Source: an uncultured Thermodesulfobacteriota bacterium
Lineage (GTDB): Bacteria > Desulfobacterota > DSWW01
Assembly (NCBI GenBank): GCA_964384945.1
Contig: CAYLMK010000001.1
Location: 125,859 to 189,858, forward strand
Reading direction: 5' to 3'
DNA length: 64,000 nucleotides
Position 1 is the stretch's first letter. Each line of letters opens with the position of its first letter. Made by a program: the position numbers and the translations under genes. The notes beneath the pieces are model-generated. The model saw only the letters and a program-made list of their open reading frames with translations. It had not been told where the DNA came from and made no database searches. Shown here piece after piece: positions 1 through 9,698 of the stretch.

Positions 1-363
1 CGGCAGGAGGTCAACGAGGCGATCGAAAGCGCGTTGAAGAAGGCCGACCTGCCGTACAACCGCTACACGGACTACGGGAGTGTCTTCAAGCAGTTCTTCG
101 AAGAATACATGGACGCGGTCAACCGCAAAACGACCTTCCTCGTGATCGGAGACGGCAGGAACAATTTCTTCGAGCCCGGGGAGATCTATCTGTCCCGCAT
201 ACGGTCCCGTGCGCGCCGGACGATCTGGCTCAACCCGGAGAGCCGGGGGTTCTGGCGGTACGGGGACTCCATGATGCACCGATACGCGAAGCAGTGCGAT
301 GAGGTGCGTGAGTGCCGCAACCTCAGGCAGCTCATCGACTTCGTCAACCAGCTCACTCTCTGA
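1..363 (+). CDS. 5'-truncated VWA domain-containing CoxE-like protein (C-terminal part; gene starts upstream of the window)
   Basis: Open frame runs from nt 1; the C-terminal motifs ...TFLVIGDGRNNFFEP...IWLNPE...GDS..Y...CD..EC.NL... are typical of the VWA_CoxE family. Confidence 0.7.
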   Translation, partial: RQEVNEAIESALKKADLPYNRYTDYGSVFKQFFEEYMDAVNRKTTFLVIGDGRNNFFEPGEIYLSRIRSRARRTIWLNPESRGFWRYGDSMMHRYAKQCDEVRECRNLRQLIDFVNQLTL

Positions 364-700
364 ATAGAGGCTGTCCCGAAACGCCCATCTGCGGCTTTCG
401 GCTCGCCCTTCGTTCCTGGCTCTCGCCGGGACAGGCTCGAAATGTCCAAGCTTTGCACCTTTTGCCTTTCAAGCCGGGGGATTGATTCGCTCGCGCTCGC
501 AATACCCCTTCCCTGCAACCGCATTCAATACGTCAGCGAGCCCAGGAAGCGAAGAGGCCGGGCTGCGGACCCTGTCCCCCAGTCCGATCGGTCCGGGACC
601 CGCTCACCCGTGATTCGATCCGCGAAACAACCGGCCGACTCGGATCATCCAAGGTTCGAGAAGTCCACGGCGCACAGGCACCGGCAGACAGGAGACGGAC

Positions 701-1309
701 ATGGCGGAACGCACGATCGAGTTCTTCTGGGACGTGGGAAGCCCTTACACCTACCTCGCCTCGACCCGCATCGAGCAGGTGGCCGATGCATGCAAGGCCC
801 GCCTGCACTGGAGGCCCTTCCTGCTCGGGGGCGTCTTCCGCGAGACGGGCAACCGGCCTCCCCTGGAGGTCCCGGCCAAGCTCAACTACATGATCGACGA
901 CCTGAAGACCTGGGCAGCCCACTACAGGATGCCCTTCCGCTTTCCCGCCGTGTTCCCGATCAACAGCCTGCTGCCCATGCGGGCCGCCCTGGCAGCCGAC
1001 CGGCTCGGCAGGGGAAAGGAGTTCGCCGCGGCCCTGATGCGCGCGTTCTGGAGCGAGGGCAAGGACCCCGGGCAACCCGAAACCCTCCGGGGAATCGCCC
1101 GATCGGCCGGTCTGGACGGTGAGACGGTCGTCCGGATGACCCAGGACGAAGCGATCAAGGAAGGCCTGAAGAGGAATACGGCGGAGGCGGTGGAACGCGG
1201 CGCCTTCGGCGCACCCACCTTCTTCGTGGGCAAGAAGATGTTCTGGGGTCACGACCGGCTGATGCTGCTCGAGGCGTACGTAAAGGGCGAACTCCCCCAG
1301 GATCCTTGA
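701..1309 (+). CDS. 2-hydroxychromene-2-carboxylate isomerase / DsbA-like thioredoxin-fold protein
   Basis: ATG start. N-terminal IEFFWDVGSPYTYLA motif and overall HCCA-isomerase/DsbA-family layout. 202 aa. Confidence 0.75.
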   Translation: MAERTIEFFWDVGSPYTYLASTRIEQVADACKARLHWRPFLLGGVFRETGNRPPLEVPAKLNYMIDDLKTWAAHYRMPFRFPAVFPINSLLPMRAALAADRLGRGKEFAAALMRAFWSEGKDPGQPETLRGIARSAGLDGETVVRMTQDEAIKEGLKRNTAEAVERGAFGAPTFFVGKKMFWGHDRLMLLEAYVKGELPQDP

Positions 1310-1352
1310 CCGGGCCGATCTGAGGACTCCGAATCATCCGCCTGTCGCCGGT

Positions 1353-1868
1353 TCAGACGCTGGCGCTCACCGGGATCTGCGTGACGATGCCCTGGAGCCG
1401 GCCGAGCAGCTCGATGTACCGGGTGAAGTAGGTCTGCGCCACCTCGTTCATGATGTAGAAGCCTGCGAGGCAGTCTGACTGAAGAAGCTTCCGAAGCTCC
1501 GCCGCATCGATGGCCAGCACCTCCGAGGCGACCGAACACTGTGCCTCGGCCGTGTACTTGGCCGACCCCAGCAGAGGAGAGAGGCCGAACATTTCTCCCT
1601 CTTCGACGCTGCTGATGACGATGCGGAATTCGTCCGGTTTGGAGGGAAGGCGCAGGAGCACATGGCCGGAGAGAAGAATGTAGGTGAACGCCCCGTCCTC
1701 CCCATGGCGGAAGATCGTTTCGTTCTTCGCGTAACTCTTCCGCTCCGAGAACCGGCTGATTCTCTCGACCTCTTCCATGGTCAGGTTCTTGAGCAGTTCA
1801 TGCCCCTGGAGGATCTTGGCAACGCTCATCTCTGCCTCCTTTCTCCTGGTTTCCCTTTCTATAGTCAT
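1353..1868 (-). CDS. cyclic nucleotide-binding (Crp/Fnr-type cNMP-binding) domain protein
   Basis: cNMP-binding beta-barrel motifs (GEMFGL..., RTA.A.A). AAGGAG RBS sits 9 nt upstream of the ATG at 1868; the track's TTG at 1874 is too close to the RBS. Confidence 0.7.
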   Translation of the reverse strand: MTIERETRRKEAEMSVAKILQGHELLKNLTMEEVERISRFSERKSYAKNETIFRHGEDGAFTYILLSGHVLLRLPSKPDEFRIVISSVEEGEMFGLSPLLGSAKYTAEAQCSVASEVLAIDAAELRKLLQSDCLAGFYIMNEVAQTYFTRYIELLGRLQGIVTQIPVSASV

Positions 1869-2227
1869 TATCAATAACTCCTTTTTGCCGGGTCAAGGAT
1901 TTTTTCAGGAGAGGGCCCGGAAACCGAGACGAACGGCTCCGGTTCCCGGGTTCGGTGACGAATCTACTCGCGGTCTTTTGACGGAATCCAACCACCCCGA
2001 TCCCTTTTTCCTTGAGGGGACAAGCCAATGCGGAGAGGGAGCGGGGAGGGTCTCCCAGTGATTGACTGACGTGTACCGAGGGCGGGCGCCGCCCTTTCCG
2101 TCGAGAGGGGACGGGACCGGAGCGCCGCGAGAGGTCTGGGGAAAGGGGCCTTGTCGATCCGAGAGGGGTCTCTGCCGAGGGCAGGCCGGACGGCGGCAGC
2201 GGGGAGCCCGGAAATCCAGCGGCCTTG

Positions 2228-3124
2228 TCAGGGAAGTTGTTCCTCCGGCTCGCCCGCGACGTAGGCGGCCCGGAGTCGGTATTCGGTGGTGTCCTGCCAA
2301 CTCTCCAGCACGAGGTTCACGGACTGCCCGCGGAGCGGCACGCATCGGCCGAGATCCAGCACCACCACGTCGTAGCCGGCGCCCGGATTCAGGGAGAGCA
2401 GGCTCTCCTCCTCGTCGCCGAGACCAACGATGAGATCTGCGTCCCCTTCCAGGCTCTCGAGGACGAACTCCATGGAGAGGGCGTCGTCGGGGACCTCGAG
2501 CGGGGGAAGGATCTCCGTGGCGCGGCCGTCCGGCGCATGGGGGTCCAGTACACCCTGCGCCTCGAGGATCACCCTGCCCTGGATGCCGTGAGACCGGCGG
2601 ACCGCAAGCCGCCAATCGGGTTCTTCCTCTCCGTTGCAGTGGACCGGCTCCCCGAGTGGGCTGATCAGGCTCACGAACCAGGGGCTGCCGGCCACACGGT
2701 CCTCCTCCCGGCTCTCTTCACTTACCAGGATCTTCTGGGTGCCTGCGCCCCTGCCGAAGGCGAAATAGCCCGGAGGCGGGTTCTCGGGCCCGAGGACGAG
2801 ATCCGCCTCGCCGGGGACCGCCTCGAGCCTGGCCTCCATCAAGGTCAGGTCGAACGGCGCGTTGAATCGGAAGGAAACCCTGCCCGTCTCGCCCTGGCTC
2901 GAGCTGTCCGCGAAGCAGCCCTCGACCTCGGGACACCCCGGGGAATCGGGGGGTGCTTCGGAGTTCGGGCACCAATCGTCCTTCGTCCCGGCGAGGGGGA
3001 CGAGAGGGAAGACCATCTCCGGCGGTATGTCCCCGGACGGACCCTTGTCCAGGCTGCAGCCGAGCCCGGAGAGGAGCGGAACGAGGAGTAGGGCGAGCGC
3101 CCTGCTTGCAGCGGTCCAGCGCAT
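2228..3124 (-). CDS. hypothetical lipoprotein (acidic, possible pre-peptidase C-terminal-like beta domain)
   Basis: Internal start MRWTAASRALALLLVPLLSGLGCS has a signal peptide and a lipobox (LSGLG-C). The upstream 71 aa of the track ORF are junk-like. Confidence 0.55.
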   Translation of the reverse strand: MRWTAASRALALLLVPLLSGLGCSLDKGPSGDIPPEMVFPLVPLAGTKDDWCPNSEAPPDSPGCPEVEGCFADSSSQGETGRVSFRFNAPFDLTLMEARLEAVPGEADLVLGPENPPPGYFAFGRGAGTQKILVSEESREEDRVAGSPWFVSLISPLGEPVHCNGEEEPDWRLAVRRSHGIQGRVILEAQGVLDPHAPDGRATEILPPLEVPDDALSMEFVLESLEGDADLIVGLGDEEESLLSLNPGAGYDVVVLDLGRCVPLRGQSVNLVLESWQDTTEYRLRAAYVAGEPEEQLP

Positions 3125-3248
3125 GGATCCTCTTGGGGTGGGGTTCACAGTAGGGTACTGGAATCCCCGAGGGGGTGTCAATGTCGAGGCATGCCGGTTG
3201 ACTCGTGTGGTTCCGATCGGCACCCTGTGTAGGCAACGCAAGACAACC

Positions 3249-3608
3249 ATGTTCGGAGGTCTCATCGTGGCCCAAGGCCAGGGGCGCTCCCGGAAGGGTC
3301 CGGAGCACATCGGATCGATCCTCGACTCGCTCTTCAAGCAGCAGGGGATCGAGGAGCCGATCCGGGTGCATCGCGCACTCCTGGACTGGGACCGGCTCGC
3401 CGGCCGGGACGTGGCCGGACACGCCAGGGCGGCCTACATCGAACACGGCACCCTGATCGTGGAGGTGGACAGCCCGGCCTGGATGCACCGGCTCCAGATG
3501 CAGGAGGGGGAACTGCGGGACCGGCTCAACCGGCACTTCGGAGAGGAGATCATCCGCCGGATCCGGTTCCGGCTCGGCTCGGGGGACGGGGACCCGGATT
3601 CCGGGTGA
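3249..3608 (+). CDS. DUF721 domain protein (DciA-like, Zn-ribbon/RNA-binding-like family)
   Basis: 119-aa product MFGGLIVAQG...IRVHRALLDWDRLAG...GTLIVEVDSPAWMHRLQMQ matches the DUF721 architecture. ATG at 3249. Confidence 0.6.
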   Translation: MFGGLIVAQGQGRSRKGPEHIGSILDSLFKQQGIEEPIRVHRALLDWDRLAGRDVAGHARAAYIEHGTLIVEVDSPAWMHRLQMQEGELRDRLNRHFGEEIIRRIRFRLGSGDGDPDSG

Positions 3609-3631
3609 ATCGAGACCGGGGAACCGCGCGA

Positions 3632-4435
3632 TCAGAGCTCCCAGCGAAAGATGCGCTCCATCTCCTCCGTGTAGCCTCCCCGATCGGCTTCCACGAAAAG
3701 CGGCGCCTCGATTGCAAGCCCTTCCCTGCCGCGGCAGACCGCCTCCACCAGGACCCAGCTTGCCCCTTCCCCGGGCTTCGGATAGACGGGCCTCACGGTC
3801 TTGGGCTCGAGGCCGACCGCCCGCAGGCTCGCGACCAGGCCCGCAAAGCGGCCGGCCGGATAGACCAGGAAGGCCTTGCCCTTCTCCCGCAGAAGGTAGG
3901 CCGTCACACCGCACAGGTCCTCGAGGGAGGCGGCGATTTCGTGCCGGGCCAGGGCCCGCTGCGGATCCGGGTTCGTCCTTCCCGTTTGAAGGCGCCGGTA
4001 GGGAGGATTCGATGTGATCCAGTCAAAGGAGCCGCGGGAAAACCGCGAGGGGAGATCCTTCAGGTTCGCGCAGAGGATCCCGAAGCGGTCCTCGAGCCCG
4101 TTGAGCCGCAGGTTCCTCGCGGCCAGGTCTGCGAGCGCCTCCTGGACCTCCACCCCGTAGCCGGAGAGGCCTCTTCCCCATTTGGCAAGCAGGATGAGGA
4201 TCACGCCGCAGCCGGTTCCGATGTCCATGCAGCGGACGGGCCTGTCGGCCCGGGCAGGCCCCTGCAACCGGGCAACAAAGTGGGCCAGGACCACGGCATC
4301 CAGGGAAAACCGGTAGCCCCGCCGCTTCTGCAGGATATGCCCCCGGCCCACGAGGAGCGGCTCGAGCGTCTCGTCTTTCCTCCGCAGATCCTCCCGGAGC
4401 GCGGGGACAACCGGGGGGGGCCGGGCGTCTTCCAT
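3632..4435 (-). CDS. class I SAM-dependent methyltransferase, tRNA1(Val) (adenine37-N6)-methyltransferase-like (TrmN6/YfiC family)
   Basis: MDIGTGCGVILILLA SAM-binding motif plus the DWITSNPPY (NPPY) amino-methyltransferase motif. Its start overlaps the stop of the upstream polyferredoxin gene (TGATG). Confidence 0.65.
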   Translation of the reverse strand: MEDARPPPVVPALREDLRRKDETLEPLLVGRGHILQKRRGYRFSLDAVVLAHFVARLQGPARADRPVRCMDIGTGCGVILILLAKWGRGLSGYGVEVQEALADLAARNLRLNGLEDRFGILCANLKDLPSRFSRGSFDWITSNPPYRRLQTGRTNPDPQRALARHEIAASLEDLCGVTAYLLREKGKAFLVYPAGRFAGLVASLRAVGLEPKTVRPVYPKPGEGASWVLVEAVCRGREGLAIEAPLFVEADRGGYTEEMERIFRWEL

Positions 4436-6129
4436 CAGATCAGGCCCTCCCCCTGCTCCGGTGCGTCGCCCGTTCGCTCGGGCTCGGGCAGCTCGAGACG
4501 ATCCTCTTTCGGCTTGAGAAAGATCCGCTCCCGGTTCAGGGCTTCCTTGTAAGAGCCCTCCTTGAGACGGATCTCGCCCGCCGGGTAGACGACGATGGCG
4601 GCCTCACCGCTCACCGGACAGACGGCCTCGCACATCCCGCAGCCGTTGCACCGGCTCTCGTCCACGAAGGGGCGCTTGTGGCCCTCCACGGGCCGGAAGA
4701 CGATCGCATTGTACGGGCAGGCCTCGTCGCAAAGGAGACAGAGCCGGTCCTTTGCCCAGGCCACGCACGTTTCCCGGAGAATCACCGCCGTCCCGACCTT
4801 GGCGTGTTGTCTTTCGATCAACGGCAGGTTGCGGATGGCTCCGGTCGGACAGATCCTGCCGCAGAGGTTGCACTGCTGCTCGCATCCCGCGAAGCGCATC
4901 CTGTGGACCGGCGTGCCCCATCGGACCAGGCCCGTCTCCATGCCCGAGGCCTGGAGGGTGTGGGTCACGCAGATCCGAAGGCAGGCACCGCAACGGACGC
5001 AGGTCGCCAGGAAGTCCTCTTCCGGCAGAGACCCCGGGGGGCGAAGCGTCCGATCGGTCTTCTTCAGGACGCGCGGGTCGAGCCTCGAAAGCGCGATCCC
5101 CATGCTCCCAAGCCCCAGGCCGAAGAAGAAGTGCCTCCTGGACACGCCTTCGGGTATCGGCCGGTGCGCGGCAGCAGACGGCCGGGGCCGCAACGAAAAG
5201 GAGATCGCCTCCACCGGGCAGACGGCCTGGCAGGACTTGCACTGGATGCAGGCGGACGGTCTTGTCTCGAACGGGTCCTCTCCGATCGCCCCCATAGGAC
5301 AAACGTCCTGGCACCTGCCGCAGGACGTACATGCGGCCGCGACGCGTCTCCGTGCGGGGGCCAGCCGCCCGAGAAGCCCCAGCAGGGCTCCCAGGGGACA
5401 GATGCTCCTGCACCAGAACCTCCGCGTGAGCAGGCCCGGCATGAGAACCGCCGAGAGCAGGATCAGGTTCCCGACGGCTGCCTGGAAACCGGGTTGCGCG
5501 TATGCATGGTACGCGAGACCGTACCAGCCCATTTTCTCCGCCAGCGGCCGGAGGAGGCCGACCGTCCCGTTCGCCGCCCAGATTCCAAGGGGGTAGAAGA
5601 CGACGGCAAGACTTCGCGTGAGCAGCCCGATCGGGTCCAGGACGAGGGGAAGGCCGTTCCGGAGGGCGAGCCCGATCAGCACACAGCCCAAAAGGACCCA
5701 TTGGAGCCCCGCCGAGGCGAGACGCCCGCCCCTGCGTTCCGGCCCGTTCTCGGGGGAGGAAGTCTGCCTCTGCGGGTCCGGTCGCCGCCCGGGAGTCCCG
5801 CGCCGCTGCCCTGCGCTGCCCAGAACATGATCCACCGCATCGATGCAAAACCCCAGCGGGCAGACATAAGCGCAGAAGATCCTGCCCCAGACCATTCCCG
5901 CGACGATCATCGCCAGTGCGAGCCAGATGAACTGCCGGGTCCCGGTTAGGGCGGCGAGAGAGTGCAGAGGGTCCAGGTCGAGAAAGAGCCGATACGGTAT
6001 CCAGGACCGCCAGGGGTGATGCATGGCGACAAAGAGGAAAAGGAAGACGGCGAAGCTCAGCGACTGAAGGAGCCACTTTTTCCGGCGGCTGCCTCCCGGG
6101 AGGCTTGCTTCCGAGGCGACCCGCTTCAC
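4435..6129 (-). CDS. membrane polyferredoxin, NapH/MauN-family 4Fe-4S binding protein
   Basis: Two CxxxCP motifs (CAYVCPLG, CRSICPLG) in a TM region, then at least six CxxCxxCxxxCP ferredoxin motifs. GTG start at 6129 overlaps the DUF362 stop (GTGA) and has GAAAGGTG as RBS. The track N-terminal 211 aa were rejected. Confidence 0.7.
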   Translation of the reverse strand: MKRVASEASLPGGSRRKKWLLQSLSFAVFLFLFVAMHHPWRSWIPYRLFLDLDPLHSLAALTGTRQFIWLALAMIVAGMVWGRIFCAYVCPLGFCIDAVDHVLGSAGQRRGTPGRRPDPQRQTSSPENGPERRGGRLASAGLQWVLLGCVLIGLALRNGLPLVLDPIGLLTRSLAVVFYPLGIWAANGTVGLLRPLAEKMGWYGLAYHAYAQPGFQAAVGNLILLSAVLMPGLLTRRFWCRSICPLGALLGLLGRLAPARRRVAAACTSCGRCQDVCPMGAIGEDPFETRPSACIQCKSCQAVCPVEAISFSLRPRPSAAAHRPIPEGVSRRHFFFGLGLGSMGIALSRLDPRVLKKTDRTLRPPGSLPEEDFLATCVRCGACLRICVTHTLQASGMETGLVRWGTPVHRMRFAGCEQQCNLCGRICPTGAIRNLPLIERQHAKVGTAVILRETCVAWAKDRLCLLCDEACPYNAIVFRPVEGHKRPFVDESRCNGCGMCEAVCPVSGEAAIVVYPAGEIRLKEGSYKEALNRERIFLKPKEDRLELPEPERTGDAPEQGEGLI

Positions 6130-7061
6130 GATGCCGGCACCTTTCGGGAGACGATCTCGACGCGGTCGAGATCGATCTCTCCGACCCCCCTCCGGTGGCA
6201 GGCCACGATGTGCTGGACCTGTTCGGGAGCGACCCGTTTCCCGTACCAGTTCACTCGCTGGACACCGAACGCGTCCACGGCCACCGGATCCAGCCCCCCG
6301 ATGAGACAGCCCAATTCCTCCACAGGTCCGGGACCCAGGGGACCTCCGGCCGTCAGGACACGCGAGCCGTCGAGAATCGTCAGGTCGGCGCGGATCACGG
6401 TATTCAGGTCTCCGATCGCCTCGTTGAGATCCAGACGGCTGTGGAACACGGCCCGATCCCAGATCAGCCCCATGTTGCCCTTCGTGCCCAGGGAAACGGT
6501 GGTGGCCCCGTGCGACTTCATCCGGGGCAGGTTGATTCGCACGTGGGCGTCCAGCGCAGCCCCCAGGACCTTTACCGCATCCAGTTCCCCGCCCCCGGAC
6601 AGGGCGACCCGTCGGAACATCCCCTCCTGGGAGGCGCCGATAATATGAACATCCCGAAGGCCGCTCAGGGCCTCCTTCATCCGGGTCATCTCCAGGCAGA
6701 GGCTCACGGCTCGCATCGGGTGGTCCGCCACGAGCACCCGTTTCGCCCCGGCCTCCAGACAACGCCGGACCATCGCCCTGACAAGGCCCGGATCGGTGGT
6801 CGTGGCCAGCTCCGGGGGATTGGGGAAGCTCATGTTCGGCTTGATCAAGACCGTTTGGCCGGGCCTCACGAAGCGGCCGACACCGCCGAGTTCATCGAGC
6901 AAGAGATCCAGGGCCCGTTCGATCGGTCCCTGCACCTCCACCACGGAGGGCCTTGCTCGGCTTTCGGCCCGCCCGCTGGAAAGAAGGATCGAGGGAGAGC
7001 AGAGAGGCATGCACGAGGCGAGGGTGCCTTTCAGAAACGCCCTTCTCGAACAGGCTTTCAT
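6126..7061 (-). CDS. Tat-exported DUF362 domain protein
   Basis: Start MKACSRRAFLKGTLA carries a twin-arginine motif (SRRAFLK). DUF362-like body. Translationally coupled to the polyferredoxin downstream. Confidence 0.65.
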   Translation of the reverse strand: MKACSRRAFLKGTLASCMPLCSPSILLSSGRAESRARPSVVEVQGPIERALDLLLDELGGVGRFVRPGQTVLIKPNMSFPNPPELATTTDPGLVRAMVRRCLEAGAKRVLVADHPMRAVSLCLEMTRMKEALSGLRDVHIIGASQEGMFRRVALSGGGELDAVKVLGAALDAHVRINLPRMKSHGATTVSLGTKGNMGLIWDRAVFHSRLDLNEAIGDLNTVIRADLTILDGSRVLTAGGPLGPGPVEELGCLIGGLDPVAVDAFGVQRVNWYGKRVAPEQVQHIVACHRRGVGEIDLDRVEIVSRKVPAS

Positions 7062-7205
7062 GGCCCGACCCAACCCCGGTGGAAGAGACATCGAGGAAAC
7101 GGTTTCGAACGCGCGGATCTTCCCCCTCGTTCGAAGTGTATCGGGCCGGAGAAACCCATGTCAAACGGGGGGCGGGCCGGGAGACGGCGCCCTTGAGGGG
7201 ATGCC

Positions 7206-7235
7206 TTTACAGCCCCTTTCATTTGTTGCTATAAT
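7206..7235 (+). promoter_or_regulatory. sigma-70-type promoter for dksA (-35 TTTACA, 18-nt spacer, extended -10 TGcTATAAT)
   Basis: Read directly in the sequence, about 45 nt upstream of the GTG start of dksA. Confidence 0.5.
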
Positions 7236-7278
7236 TTGTTGTTGGTTTTGAGATCAAATCCGTTTCGGGCAGGGCGGC

Positions 7279-7641
7279 GTGAACAAACGAAAGCTCGCAC
7301 AGTACAAGAAGTCGCTCGAAAAATCGCTTGCAAGACTCGTAGAAGAGGCCTCGCAGACGCTCAACGGCATGTCCAGCGAAAAGGCCCTCTTCCCCGACCC
7401 GACCGACAGGGCCTCCCTGGAGTCGGACCGGAACTTCCTGCTGCGCATTCGAGATCGGGAGCGCAAGCTCATCGTGAAGATCCAGGAGGCCTTGAAGCGG
7501 ATCGACGAGGGCACGTTCGGGATCTGCCAGGAGTGCGGCGAGGAGATTTCCGAGAGCAGGTTGCGGGCACGGCCGGTGGCAACGCTCTGTGTGGAGTGCA
7601 AGCGGATGCAGGAACGGGACGAGAAGATCGCCGGGGCCTAG
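7279..7641 (+). CDS. dksA: RNA polymerase-binding transcription factor DksA (DksA/TraR C4 zinc-finger family)
   Basis: GTG start. Coiled-coil N-terminus and CQECGEEI...CVEC C4 zinc finger. 120 aa. Confidence 0.85.
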   Translation: MNKRKLAQYKKSLEKSLARLVEEASQTLNGMSSEKALFPDPTDRASLESDRNFLLRIRDRERKLIVKIQEALKRIDEGTFGICQECGEEISESRLRARPVATLCVECKRMQERDEKIAGA

Positions 7642-7844
7642 CGGGCAGGTGAAAAAGGCCCATGCGCCGCGTTGCACGCATCCTTCGTTCCCGCCTTTCC
7701 TCGGGCCAGGCTCCCCACACGCCCCGCCGCTATCGCACGTGCGCTTCGCTGCCACTCCGGCGCCCGACTCTCGCGCGGGCACACACGCACCCTGCACGCG
7801 GGCCTTTTTGAACGGCCTGCCTGACAGCGCTTTTCAAAAGGCCG

Positions 7845-8231
7845 CTAGGGAGTGCCCCTTCCTTTCTTGCTCGGAACCTTGCCCTCCAGAGCCTTCTTCA
7901 CCTTCTGCTTCAGTTCCGTGAGATCCGATGATTTGACGACGTAATAGTCGGCCGCGAGCGTCTTGTAATCCCCCTTGTACGCGCCGTATGCGGAAGAGAT
8001 GATCACGGGAAGGTCCGGAAACCGTTGTCGAATCTCCTGAAGGAGATCCAGGCCGTCATAGGCCGCCATCTTGATGTCCAGGACAATCACATCGGGTTGG
8101 TCCCGCTCGATCTTCTCGGTGAGAGCGTGCCCATCCTCGGCCTCGACGACCTCGTACCCTTCGTCCTGGAATTCCTCCCGATACAGCATCCGGATGCTCG
8201 CCTCGTCGTCCACGATCAAGATCCTGGACAT
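7845..8231 (-). CDS. single-domain response regulator (CheY-like receiver)
   Basis: MSRILIVDDE...VIVLDIKM...ISSAYG...K with intact acid pocket, phospho-acceptor D, T and K. AGGGGG RBS. The track N-terminal 29 aa were rejected. Confidence 0.8.
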   Translation of the reverse strand: MSRILIVDDEASIRMLYREEFQDEGYEVVEAEDGHALTEKIERDQPDVIVLDIKMAAYDGLDLLQEIRQRFPDLPVIISSAYGAYKGDYKTLAADYYVVKSSDLTELKQKVKKALEGKVPSKKGRGTP

Positions 8232-8256
8232 CACGGCCCCCTGCAGAGTCGTCAAC

Positions 8257-9534
8257 TCACCCTTTCGCCGCCACCCATCGATCCACCAAATAGGGCTTCG
8301 TCTCCTCGAAGATTTCACACTGCTCCTCGATGGAGTCTTCGACCGCCCGGGCCTCCATACCCTGCGTCGCCCTGACGTAGGATCCGGTGCGCCCGAAATA
8401 GAGAGGAACGAAGGCCCCGATCAGTTCGTCTCGCGGGACGACGTTCCGATGAAACCCCAGGGCGAAGTCGTACACGATCTTCGCCCAAAGCCCCGGAGGA
8501 AGCTCGAACCGGTCATAGGGGAGACCCGCAATCTCCCGCGTCTTGAGAAAAACCTCTTGGGTCAACGTCTCCTCGTAAACCCGTGCGTATGCCTTGAACC
8601 CGTCCACGAAATCCCGGTGAAACCCCTTTCCGTTGACCTCCACGGGGGGAGGCACTTCGCTCTCGCCCATGCCGAATCCGAAAATGGGCGTCGGCTTGCT
8701 CCAGCGGACCCCTCTCCAGGTCTCCTCAAAGGACTCCATCAGGCGGAAGAACGTGGACATCACGTGCCGGAACATCGGGCCGAGAGTCGCCGTGGGATCC
8801 TTGGCCCGGCGGATCTTCGGCCCTCCCAGGAAGGCCTGCGCCGTTCGATACGGGCTGTTGAGCGCAAGCGTCGTCATCCAAATATCGATCCCGTAAAACG
8901 CCACACTCTCGTCCCACAGCCTGCATTCCAGGTAGAGACTGGCCATGTCGCCCGAAAAACCGAAATCGCCTCCGATGGGCTGACGCATCCGTCTTCCGTA
9001 CAGGGCTCGGGAGAGCGGATAGGCGATCTGGCTGGTGATCGTTGCGTCGTACTTGTGCCGCGTGTAAATGGGGGCCACGTAACCGTAATTCTGGAAGAGA
9101 GGCTCCCCCAGGTTCTTGATCCAACGGGGCGTGATGCTGCGCAGGTCGGCGTCCACGACCACCACGGCCTGCGCCTCCAGCGCGACCGCTTTTCGGATGA
9201 GATTCCGCACGTTGTTTCCCTTTCCCTTCACCCCCGCCGGCGTCGACAAGTAGATCTTCGGGATATCGGCGCTGTCCGCGGAGAGAAAGGCTTGTCGGGT
9301 CTCGTCCTCCGAGTGATTGTCGCAGTTGATCAAGACACTCCGGCAGTCTTTGAAGTAGGTCTTCAGCCCGATTGCAGCCTGCTCGGTCACGAACGGAATG
9401 CACTCCGCCTCGTTGAAGGACGGGATCCCGACGATGATATCCGCCTGCTGAACCCTCTGGGGATTCCATTCGATCCAGTCCGTCACCCCGGCCGGATGAT
9501 GCTTCGCGCCTTGGCTCGTACTCTCCGCCCGCAC
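8257..9534 (-). CDS. GT-A fold glycosyltransferase (GT2-like; possibly a glycosyl-glycerate/compatible-solute type synthase)
   Basis: IVGIPSFNE...VLINCDNHSEDET...VVVVDADL (DxD) motifs. Start placed at the GTG at 9534 (RBS GAAGGGAAGG). A sigma-70-like promoter (TTGACA/TAATAA) lies inside the track's N-terminal extension. Confidence 0.6.
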   Translation of the reverse strand: MRAESTSQGAKHHPAGVTDWIEWNPQRVQQADIIVGIPSFNEAECIPFVTEQAAIGLKTYFKDCRSVLINCDNHSEDETRQAFLSADSADIPKIYLSTPAGVKGKGNNVRNLIRKAVALEAQAVVVVDADLRSITPRWIKNLGEPLFQNYGYVAPIYTRHKYDATITSQIAYPLSRALYGRRMRQPIGGDFGFSGDMASLYLECRLWDESVAFYGIDIWMTTLALNSPYRTAQAFLGGPKIRRAKDPTATLGPMFRHVMSTFFRLMESFEETWRGVRWSKPTPIFGFGMGESEVPPPVEVNGKGFHRDFVDGFKAYARVYEETLTQEVFLKTREIAGLPYDRFELPPGLWAKIVYDFALGFHRNVVPRDELIGAFVPLYFGRTGSYVRATQGMEARAVEDSIEEQCEIFEETKPYLVDRWVAAKG

Positions 9535-9698
9535 GGCAGAAGCCTTCCCTTCTTCCGCTTGCGATGGGCCGACACTATTCTTTCTTGTTATTACAAAGCG
9601 ATGAACCGTGTCAAGCGCAGGCCCGCTTTCGAGCCCGGCGCCCATGGGCCTTGTGTTTTTGCCTCCCCTACGTTATACAAGGGGGGTAAGGCGATTAT

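Noticed and set aside
2225-3091. 288-aa plus-strand ORF
   Set aside because: Antisense to the lipoprotein gene at 2228-3124.
5300-5330. TGGCAC-containing sequence resembling a sigma-54 -24 element
   Set aside because: Located inside the polyferredoxin CDS, and the downstream GC element is not at the N4-5 TTGC spacing.
4595-6076. Several long ORFs (333, 423, 490 aa) in alternative frames and strands across the polyferredoxin gene
   Set aside because: Composition-driven shadow ORFs. Only one frame carries the CxxCxxCxxxCP ferredoxin motifs.
6130-6762. 211-aa N-terminal extension of the polyferredoxin track ORF (MSGGRGETGARGG...)
   Set aside because: Gly/Arg/Pro low-complexity, and it is antisense to the DUF362 gene. 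The GTG at 6129 overlaps the upstream stop and has an RBS.
7642-7844. Inverted repeats (AAAAAGGCCC ... GGGCCTTTTT, GGCC-tttttgaac-GGCC) between the convergent dksA and response-regulator genes that could be terminators
   Set aside because: The arms are about 130 nt apart or only 4 bp long, and no hairpin is followed by a U-tract. I could not support a confident Rho-independent terminator call.
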